Shown here: positions 56,628 through 64,000 of the stretch, in pieces
Position numbering within the stretch: position 1 is the stretch's first letter
How the letters are laid out: each line of letters opens with the position of its first letter
Assembly (NCBI GenBank): GCA_963827275.1
Contig: CAWHAA010000001.1
Coordinates: 160,001-224,000, forward strand
Reading direction: 5' to 3'
DNA: 64,000 bases
Source: an uncultured Spirochaetota bacterium
GTDB lineage: Bacteria; Spirochaetota; UBA4802; UBA5550
Translations under genes and position numbers: made by a program
The notes under the pieces: generated by a model
Databases searched by the model: none
Seen by the model: the letters and a program-made list of their open reading frames with translations, nothing else
Told to the model about the DNA's origin: nothing

Positions 56628-57983
56628 CTATCCTGCTTCCCGGTCCGATGAAAGCTTCCTGAACACGAACACGAAGAAGAGCCCGGCGATATACATCTCC
56701 AGGCCATACACGCCGTTGACGATGAAAAGTGAGCTGTAGAAGTCGCCGACCTGGTCCTGGATGAGGATCGCCAGCGTCATGGAGAGCGCGGAATTGCGCA
56801 CCCCGGTTTCAAATGCGAGGGAGCGCATCTGCTTTGCCGGCAGGCGGAAAACTTTTGCCACTGCAATCGCCAGGAGCATGCCGGTCAGGGCCAGTGCCAG
56901 AGGAGCGAAGTAGAAGGAAACGCTATAACGCTCGGTATCAGCCAATGAGCCGAGGTTGGTCACCACGCCGGTCACCATGATGAAGAGCACCGTGATGATG
57001 CCCAGGACCGAGAAGATGGGGGCCGCTTTGATCGCGGCTTTTTCAAAGCGGGCCCGCAGCGTCATGCCCACCGCCAGGGGGACGATTACCAGTACGATGA
57101 TGGTCTGCGCAATGAGGCCCGAGGGAACGGTCGCTCCTGCCCCGGTGCTCCCGTACAGCTTGAGGAGAAGCGGTGTGCAGACAAGGGCCAGGATCGTAGA
57201 GACCGAGGTAAGGGAGATGGAGAGGGCAAGGTCACCCTTTGAGAAATGGGTGAGCAGGTTCGAGGTGACCCCGGCCGGGCTTGCCGTCGCCAGTATCAGG
57301 CCCATGTAGATGAAGGGAAAGGCGTGGTAGAACCCGAAGAGATGGCTCAGGCCGAGGGCGACCAGTGGCATCAGGCCGTACTGGAGCAGGACGCCCAGGA
57401 TGATCCCCAGGGGCTTGCGGATGACCAGCGTGAAGTCGCTGATCTTAAGGGTGAGCCCCATCCCCACCATGACGAAGAAGAGCATGAGCACAATCGAGAT
57501 CTTAAATATCCGGTCGAAGAGAACGGCCTTCGGCGCGCCGGTGATCCGGGCGAACGTGTAGGCCCTGCCATCATGGACGCCGGAAGCCGTATCAAGTTGA
57601 TACATCATCCTGTTTTCGGATAATTTTTCGAATTCTTCCGGGGTGCGTCCGCCCTCGGCCGGCAGGGAGAGGATGTACATGTCTCCGGCGGCGCCGCGTA
57701 TAAAGTAGAGGGGCTGACCACTGGCCGCGCCGGGGGCGGCTTTCGGCTTCAGGATGCGGAGGTTCCCGGTCAGGTCGGTTTTGCCGGCGGCTGACCAGTC
57801 AAGGTCCCGGGACCGGGCGTTTAATCCTTCCACGAAGGAAGCGTCTCCCTCGCTGATGATTTTTTTAGATAGATACCGATAGAGTTCTTCTCCTTCCGAA
57901 GACGCGCCAGCGGCCATGACGGCAGAGGCGAGAATGATCGAGCAGATGACCGCAGCTGCACTTGTTAGTTTTTTCATGGGCAT
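56628..57983 (-). CDS. Bile acid:sodium symporter (BASS) family transporter with an N-terminal soluble domain
   Basis: M.GMGLTL, QY.LMP, SPAG.TSN, GDLALS and ETGVRN motifs. Confidence 0.88.
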   Translation of the reverse strand: MPMKKLTSAAAVICSIILASAVMAAGASSEGEELYRYLSKKIISEGDASFVEGLNARSRDLDWSAAGKTDLTGNLRILKPKAAPGAASGQPLYFIRGAAGDMYILSLPAEGGRTPEEFEKLSENRMMYQLDTASGVHDGRAYTFARITGAPKAVLFDRIFKISIVLMLFFVMVGMGLTLKISDFTLVIRKPLGIILGVLLQYGLMPLVALGLSHLFGFYHAFPFIYMGLILATASPAGVTSNLLTHFSKGDLALSISLTSVSTILALVCTPLLLKLYGSTGAGATVPSGLIAQTIIVLVIVPLAVGMTLRARFEKAAIKAAPIFSVLGIITVLFIMVTGVVTNLGSLADTERYSVSFYFAPLALALTGMLLAIAVAKVFRLPAKQMRSLAFETGVRNSALSMTLAILIQDQVGDFYSSLFIVNGVYGLEMYIAGLFFVFVFRKLSSDREAG

Positions 57984-58128
57984 ATACCTTCCTGTGTTAT
58001 TTTTTGAGGCTTACCCTCTGTTGCCGGGTTGTACCCGGTATAGAGAACCCGCTCGCCGAGTATATCCTCATTCGAGAGGATGACGGCCTTCGCGGAAATG
58101 GAGCCAATATCGATTCCGGCGGTGCAGA

Positions 58129-59388
58129 TTACCGCCGCTTTCTGCCGTGTAAAATCTCCATGAATGCCTCGATGCGCGTACCGATCTGCGCTTCGCTGAA
58201 GGCCCGCTCGTCGACCATGTCAGCCTCGATGATAAGGGTCGGGATCCCCAGCTCTTGCATGACCCGCTTCTGGAGATCGTACTGGCCGAGGGAATAGGGC
58301 TTGCAGCTCCTGTTCGAATGCATCACGAGACCATCGGCGCCGTATTTCAGGAGCATTTTTTTCAGCGTCTCGTACATTTTATCGATGGAGATATTGATGT
58401 ACACGCTTGAGTACGCCACGGCCATTGATTCGAGAAAATTATTTTCGTCAAGCAGGTGAATGACGCCGCTCCACGCCGACGTGTAGGTATCGGCGACAAG
58501 GGAGGCCTCGTGAGCCGCAAAGGTATCGGAGAGCCACTTGGTGCGGTACCACACGGGGAGATTGTCCCATATGAGACGGTACTTCTCGACCGGGAGCATC
58601 CCGATCCCTTCGGCGATGCGCGACCGCATCTCGTCCCGCAGCTGCGTGTAATAATCGACGGCGGCCTGCGTCCCCCGCAGGGTGACGATCAGCGCGAGAT
58701 GGAAGAAGGCGTCAAAGGCGGTCATGGGCGCCGGCCTGTGCATGGTCGTGTCGAGGACCTCCTGCCACAGCTTCTGGCCCTGTATGGAAAGCCGTCCGAC
58801 CTCGAGCATGTGATCATGGTCCATTTTCCTTCCGCATACGTGCTCTAAAAACAAGATATACTCCTGCATCTGGCGTACGACGTACCGCTTCGCGTCATCC
58901 GAAAATTCCGTGTGAATGAACGGCGTGTCCAGAATAAAGAGGGGGACGTTGAAGTAGCGCGCCTGCACCTCGTACCATTTGAGCACGGTCCCGCAGATAT
59001 TGTTGCAGCACACGAGAAAGTCGGGTTTCGGGAGACCGCCGATGGGCCCCCCGTTCACGGTCGCGCAGGATATGTCGGAGCGGGCGTACGAGCAGAGGTC
59101 GCGGGAGTATCCCATGGCCTCGGCCTTTTCGCAGAGATCGATCCCCATCCTGGTCGCGCCGATCATGGCGCCGTAATTCTCGGGATACACGGGGATCACT
59201 CCCATGGCGATCAGCGGCTCCACCGGCCCGCCGCTGGTGATCCACGCGACTTTCTTGCCGTTCTGCGCCGCTGATTTCGCGTCTATATAATAGGCGGTCA
59301 TGATTTCCTTCATCCTCTTGACCGACTTTATCTTTCGTTTCTCCTTTTCGGGGTCCTTAACGGAAGCATCCGGCTGTATCGTTGTCAT
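58129..59388 (-). CDS. 2-hydroxyacyl-CoA dehydratase / benzoyl-CoA reductase-like Fe-S subunit (HgdA/BcrB/BzdO-like)
   Basis: YPENYGA, DLCSY, NNICG...KWY and NRSCK motifs. Confidence 0.85.
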   Translation of the reverse strand: MTTIQPDASVKDPEKEKRKIKSVKRMKEIMTAYYIDAKSAAQNGKKVAWITSGGPVEPLIAMGVIPVYPENYGAMIGATRMGIDLCEKAEAMGYSRDLCSYARSDISCATVNGGPIGGLPKPDFLVCCNNICGTVLKWYEVQARYFNVPLFILDTPFIHTEFSDDAKRYVVRQMQEYILFLEHVCGRKMDHDHMLEVGRLSIQGQKLWQEVLDTTMHRPAPMTAFDAFFHLALIVTLRGTQAAVDYYTQLRDEMRSRIAEGIGMLPVEKYRLIWDNLPVWYRTKWLSDTFAAHEASLVADTYTSAWSGVIHLLDENNFLESMAVAYSSVYINISIDKMYETLKKMLLKYGADGLVMHSNRSCKPYSLGQYDLQKRVMQELGIPTLIIEADMVDERAFSEAQIGTRIEAFMEILHGRKRR

Positions 59389-59400
59389 CGCATAACCTCG

Positions 59401-60519
59401 CTATAGTGTCGACATAAAGGTTTCAAGGCGCGTCCTGAGCTGTCCCTCGGGCGGGAGATGTTCTTCGATCTCGAGGAGCATGCTGGGCACCCCCGCCCTG
59501 TCGAGGTACTCCTTCATGTAGGGGTAATCGAAGGCGTGGGGATCGCAGAACTTGAGAAGGATGAAGACCACTCCGTCGGCCTTCGCGTCCTTGACCGAAC
59601 GCAGGAGCCCGTCGCCCCGCGCCGTATTCGACATGTGTTTCGCCGGGCAGACGATACGGTCAGTGTAGCGCGATGCGATCGCCCTTATCGGATCGCCGTC
59701 TTCGGCGATGATTCCCTGGAAATACCGCTCGCCGGTGCAGAGCTCGTCTCCGACCACGATCCCCCCCGACTCATTGAGAATCCCGTAGATGTCGGGGTGG
59801 TTGCACACGCCGCCGGCCAGGAAAATCCTCTTGTTTCCGTTCATGGCCGCCGGTTTTTCGCCGGCAAGCGCCGCGGCCAGCTCCGCGAGTTTCGCGGCCA
59901 GCTCGGTCCTGTCCATCACCATGGACGCCTTCATCACCGCGTGAAGATCACTGTCGCTGATGATCCCCGGTTTGTTCCTCCTGGCATTATAAATCCCGGA
60001 GAGCCGCTTCCGTATCCCGTTATACAGGGAGATCGACGCCCGTAGATCTTCGTCGCGTATCTCTTTTCCGAGCCCACTGGCAAGATCGGCCCTAAACTTT
60101 TTAATGACATCGGCCATGTAGTCCCGCGCGCTGTCCGTGTCAAGCTTGACCGGCATCACGACGTCGCAGTGCAGGGCGAAGCCGGCGTTCAGCCGCCATA
60201 TGTCCGACAGGCGCTGAATCGAATCGCAGGTGTGCGGGAACACCGTGCCGTCGAGAAAGCCCAGGGAACCGCTTAACGCGTCCTCGAGGGCCCCCCGCAC
60301 CAGGGAGCAGGCATAGGTCTGCAGGTGCGCATCGGCCCTGCTGATCCGCTCTTTCCCGCCGAAGATGCGGAAGGGAACGGCCCCCGCGGCCGTGATGATC
60401 TCCTCAGGGGCATAGCTGCACAGCGTTCCTACGATTTTCTTTCCGGTTTTTTCCTTGAGTGACCCGGCATACCCGTAGGGATCGCCGGCCACGGACCTGA
60501 ATAGTTCCAGTTCTTTCAT
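59401..60519 (-). CDS. 2-hydroxyacyl-CoA dehydratase / benzoyl-CoA reductase-like Fe-S subunit (HgdB/BcrC/BzdN-like)
   Basis: CSYAPEE, ACSLVRG, HTCDSIQR, LCTGER and KFCDPH motifs. Confidence 0.85.
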   Translation of the reverse strand: MKELELFRSVAGDPYGYAGSLKEKTGKKIVGTLCSYAPEEIITAAGAVPFRIFGGKERISRADAHLQTYACSLVRGALEDALSGSLGFLDGTVFPHTCDSIQRLSDIWRLNAGFALHCDVVMPVKLDTDSARDYMADVIKKFRADLASGLGKEIRDEDLRASISLYNGIRKRLSGIYNARRNKPGIISDSDLHAVMKASMVMDRTELAAKLAELAAALAGEKPAAMNGNKRIFLAGGVCNHPDIYGILNESGGIVVGDELCTGERYFQGIIAEDGDPIRAIASRYTDRIVCPAKHMSNTARGDGLLRSVKDAKADGVVFILLKFCDPHAFDYPYMKEYLDRAGVPSMLLEIEEHLPPEGQLRTRLETFMSTL

Positions 60520-60554
60520 TGGATCCTCCATACGATGAAACGTTCCGCCAGGGA

Positions 60555-62273
60555 TCATCTCCCTCCGGTGTACTGGCCATCTTTCTTGAGCCGGGCGATC
60601 GCCTCCTCCTCCAAGACCTTGTACGCTATCTTGCCCACGAGGGTCTTGGGGAGCTCGTCGCGGAACTCTATTTCACGCGGGCAGCTCCACTTGATGAGAT
60701 CCTTGCGGCAGTGTTCGATGAGCTCCTTCTCCATCTCCGGACCTTTCCGGGCGCCGTCGTTGAGGACGACATAGGCCCTGACCCGCTCTACCTGGTCCTT
60801 GTCCGGTATCCCGATGACGCACGCTTGCGACACCGCGGGATGTTTATAGAGCAGCTCCTCGACCTGCGCCGGATACACGTTCATGCCTGAAGACTTGATC
60901 ATCCTTTTCTGGCGGAGCTTGAAATAGAAGAACCCGTCACTGTCCATGGTGCAGATATCGCCCGTGTGGAGCCATGTCCTGCCGTCGCCATGCTTCCTGA
61001 GAACGGCGGCCGTTTCCTCCGGCTGGTCGAGATATCCCATCATGACGGCCGGCCCGGCAACGCAGAGCTCCCCCTCCTCGCCGACCGGGACTTCCTTCAC
61101 GGTGTCGGGTTTGACGATCTTGGCGAGCATGTCAGGGAAGGGAATTCCTACGCTCTTCTCCCGGTATTCTCCCAAGGGGGTGGCGATTATCCCGGTCACC
61201 GCCTCGGTGAGGCCGTATCCCTCGAGGAGCTTGACGTTTCCACCCTGCTTCCGGACGATCTCCTCGAAGCGGTCCTTTACCACCCGCGGGAGGCTGTCCG
61301 CCCCGCTGAACGCGGCCTTGATGCACGACAGGTCGGTCTTCTGGAAGAGGGGGCTCTTGTTCAATGCTTCATACAGTGTGGGCACACCGATAATGAACGT
61401 CGGCCTGTTCTTCCGTATGAGTTTCGCCACGTCCTCAGGGGTGAAGGTGGGCACCAGGATCGTTTTTCCTCCCCCCATGAGCGTGCCGTTGACGCAGACG
61501 CCGAGGCCGAACCCGTGGAAAATGGGAAGAATTGCAAGGGTCGATGACGTGTCATCCATTCCCACCCAATTGGCCACCATGTGTCCATGGGAAATGAAAT
61601 TGTAATTGGAGAGCATGATCCCCTTGGGAAATCCCGTGGTTCCCCCGCTGTATAGTATGACGGCCAGGTCGTTCGTGTCCGCTGAAATCCGGGGCAGTTC
61701 AGGATATTTCTTTTTCATCATATCCTTCCACCATGTGACCTGGGGATCGGCAGGCACCCCGGGGATCTTGCGGCCCGTGGTGGCCTTGAATCCGAGTTTC
61801 TTTATCATCGGTAGATAATCGGGGATTTTAGTCAGTATCAGGTGTTCAAGGGGTGCATTTTTCATGGCCTCCTTGAATTTGCCGTAAAAGGCGTCAATGG
61901 TGAGGGCTATTTTGCTTTTACTGACAGTGATATAAAATTCAATTTCCTTGGTAGTCGAGAGCGGATGGATCATGCTCGCCACGCCGCCAAGCTTATTCAC
62001 CGCGTAGAAACAGATGACACCCTGCGGTGATGTGGGCATCGAAATGGTAATGCGGTCCCCTTTTTTCATTCCCAGGGCGGCAAGGGCTTTGGCGCACTGA
62101 TCTATCTCTTCCGCAAATCTCTTATAGGTCGATGTGTATCCGAGAAAATCGTAAGCTGTCGCACCAGGCTTCTTCTCGACGCTTTTCATGATGGCCTGAT
62201 ACATCGTAATTTTCGGATAAATTACAGATGCAGGGATGTTCCCATAGTATTTTAACCATGGTTTTTTGTCCAT
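60555..62273 (-). CDS. AMP-binding acyl-CoA ligase
   Basis: YSGGTTGFPKG, EGYGLTE, WLHTGD and PKTLVGK motifs. Confidence 0.92.
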   Translation of the reverse strand: MDKKPWLKYYGNIPASVIYPKITMYQAIMKSVEKKPGATAYDFLGYTSTYKRFAEEIDQCAKALAALGMKKGDRITISMPTSPQGVICFYAVNKLGGVASMIHPLSTTKEIEFYITVSKSKIALTIDAFYGKFKEAMKNAPLEHLILTKIPDYLPMIKKLGFKATTGRKIPGVPADPQVTWWKDMMKKKYPELPRISADTNDLAVILYSGGTTGFPKGIMLSNYNFISHGHMVANWVGMDDTSSTLAILPIFHGFGLGVCVNGTLMGGGKTILVPTFTPEDVAKLIRKNRPTFIIGVPTLYEALNKSPLFQKTDLSCIKAAFSGADSLPRVVKDRFEEIVRKQGGNVKLLEGYGLTEAVTGIIATPLGEYREKSVGIPFPDMLAKIVKPDTVKEVPVGEEGELCVAGPAVMMGYLDQPEETAAVLRKHGDGRTWLHTGDICTMDSDGFFYFKLRQKRMIKSSGMNVYPAQVEELLYKHPAVSQACVIGIPDKDQVERVRAYVVLNDGARKGPEMEKELIEHCRKDLIKWSCPREIEFRDELPKTLVGKIAYKVLEEEAIARLKKDGQYTGGR

Positions 62274-62290
62274 TTTTTACCTCCAATGCT

Positions 62291-62307
62291 ATTCGGCATT
62301 ATCGAAT
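62291..62307. promoter_or_regulatory. Palindrome upstream of the CoA-ligase operon, candidate IclR site
   Basis: ATTCG-GCATTAT-CGAAT. Confidence 0.5.
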
Positions 62308-62395
62308 CATATGCTACATTGTAAAATTATATGCAACTATGTCAAACATTAATCAGCATTGTTCATTTTTTTTATTGACGATATTTTAATAAACC

Positions 62396-63298
62396 ATGAA
62401 AAATACCCCAATGAATTCAAAAAAAACCGATATCAATAAACGAAAGCTTATACAATCGATTGAGCGGGCCGCTGACATTCTTGAACTATTTATTAATGAA
62501 AAACGCTCACTCGGAATTGCCGACATTGCCAGACTGCTTGACCTGCCCCGCCCGACGATCCAGGGGATCGTCAACACCCTTATGGCGAGGGGATACCTTG
62601 AGAAGGACATGGTCAATGTACGCTACAGGCTGGGCCCCATGCTGTTCCAGCTGGGCATGAAATACGCGACAAACCTGGATCTTGTGAACATAGCGCGGGG
62701 ATGGACGGAACGGCTCTGTTTCCAGTTCAGTCAGGCGGTCAACATCGGCATGATCGTAGGCGACAGGGTGGTCGTGGTCCTCCGGATCGAGCCGGAAAAC
62801 CGTTTCATGGTCTTTCCCCAGACAGGGTCGGTCATTCCATCCCATACGACATGCATAGGAAAAATTCTTTTCGCTTTTATGGAAAATGATTTCAGGGATG
62901 AGCTCCTTTCCGGCTACTCCTTTGAACCGCTCACGCCCAATTCCATCACAACGCGCAAAAAATTCGATAGCGAGCTGGCCGTTATCCGCCAGCAGGAAAT
63001 AGCATTCGATAACGAAGAAAATATTATCGGCCTTGCCGGCATCGGCGCCCCTATCCGCAACCACCTCGGGCAGGTCATTGCCGCGTTTGCGATCACCGGC
63101 AACGCCGAGATCATCTATAAAAAGCGGGAAGAGATAATCATCTCCGTCCGGTACACCTCAAAGATGATATCGTCCCAGCTCGGATATACTGAAGATAATT
63201 CATGGGCGGCGAAGGCAACCTCCACACCAGTGATGCCGATAGCGTCGCCCTTCAGGCATGCAAAAAATTCATTTGCGCCGCAATCCAGCGCCATGTAA
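62396..63298 (+). CDS. IclR-family transcriptional regulator (atypical C-terminal tail)
   Basis: IQSIERA..IL, L...GYL, YRLG, H.T.IGK and IGAPI..ISSQLG motifs. Confidence 0.93.
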   Translation: MKNTPMNSKKTDINKRKLIQSIERAADILELFINEKRSLGIADIARLLDLPRPTIQGIVNTLMARGYLEKDMVNVRYRLGPMLFQLGMKYATNLDLVNIARGWTERLCFQFSQAVNIGMIVGDRVVVVLRIEPENRFMVFPQTGSVIPSHTTCIGKILFAFMENDFRDELLSGYSFEPLTPNSITTRKKFDSELAVIRQQEIAFDNEENIIGLAGIGAPIRNHLGQVIAAFAITGNAEIIYKKREEIIISVRYTSKMISSQLGYTEDNSWAAKATSTPVMPIASPFRHAKNSFAPQSSAM

Positions 63299-63492
63299 TG
63301 CATAATGCCTCGCTGTTGGATAACGTTTCAGAGTATTATACGCAGGCGCCGACAAACTACTATTCCTGGGTATTGCACAAACACGCCCTGAATAATAAAA
63401 TATACGGCTTTTGTTATGATGATGTGTACGATCAAAGCGCTTCACTTTATAGCGCCACTCCGCGGGGCATTATCGTAACTCTTGGACGATGA
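63202..63492 (+). pseudogene. C-terminal fragment of a GH64-like beta-1,3-glucanase
   Basis: CAAIQRHV...YY..AP.NYYS..LH.HA...KIYGFCYDDVYDQSA.L....PRGI.VTLG resembles the GH64 C-terminus. The 5' part of the gene is absent. Confidence 0.65.
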
Positions 63493-63747
63493 CATGGTTT
63501 GACGCGGTGTTTTAATAGGTGATGGCACATTCTCCCTCTGCTCCCGTGGGGGGAGGGGGAGTTGTCTCATTTCCGCAGCACGAAACATCCCGTTGTTTAT
63601 CTGATAGGATTATTATCTAAGAAATTACGTCCTCTCCGGTAAGGGCCCACGTGACACAATGCGTTTCATGTGAAGCCGTCCCCCTCTCAGATGAAGCGCC
63701 CTCTGTCACAAAAAACGCCGGATAGGGAGCTTGAACTATAGCGGGTT

Positions 63748-64000
63748 TTATCCCGAGGGTCCCGAACCTCCTTCCCCTGTACCGGGAAAATCGATTCTAT
63801 ATAACACGCCGGCGGTAATACCATAAAAGTGATCATATAACACAGAGAGCGGAGTTTCCCCGTTTATCTCGAACGGATCGCTCTGCAGCATCTTGAGCAT
63901 CTGGTACCTGAAACCGATGGTTATCGTTGTATTGATCGCCGATATGAAATAGGCCAGGTTCAAGGTGGAGTTCAAGCCTATTCTGTAATACACAAAGGAT
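63748..64000 (-). CDS. 3' end of a hypothetical protein (partial)
   Basis: Minus-strand ORF extending towards the window edge. Confidence 0.45.
   Translation of the reverse strand, partial: SFVYYRIGLNSTLNLAYFISAINTTITIGFRYQMLKMLQSDPFEINGETPLSVLYDHFYGITAGVLYRIDFPGTGEGGSGPSG

Overview
A 64-kb bacterial chromosomal window. Gene content (lipoprotein-rich, C-terminally extended ATP synthase c subunit, cadherin-like lipoproteins, PP2C/MCP sensors) suggests a Spirochaetota member, probably Leptospirales-related; this is inference. Housekeeping genes: F1Fo ATP synthase operon, map, recA, leuA, alr, sahR-ahcY, lysA, copA, ilvBNC. Accessory and lipid loci: acyl-CoA ligases, a FadL-like porin next to cadherin-like lipoproteins, a TetR-controlled crotonase/SDR pair, and an IclR-controlled cluster of CoA ligase, 2-hydroxyacyl-CoA dehydratase/benzoyl-CoA reductase-like subunits and a BASS transporter. 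Many essential genes carry single-base frameshifts, most likely long-read or assembly errors. No rRNA, tRNA or CRISPR array was seen. Strongest leads: (1) a calcineurin-like metallophosphoesterase fused to a Pol-beta-type nucleotidyltransferase (33725-35419), a candidate writer/eraser nucleotide-signalling enzyme; (2) a 25-aa Leu-rich leader peptide with attenuator upstream of leuA, missed by the ORF track; (3) an AT-rich island with a tandem TerB-like/BRCT protein, an ankyrin protein, a MazEF-type TA pair and an IS1182 remnant; (4) a REP/MITE-like repeat family built on CCGATAACTATCGG and GGGGTCAGAG; (5) a GH64 glucanase 3' fragment abutting the IclR gene.
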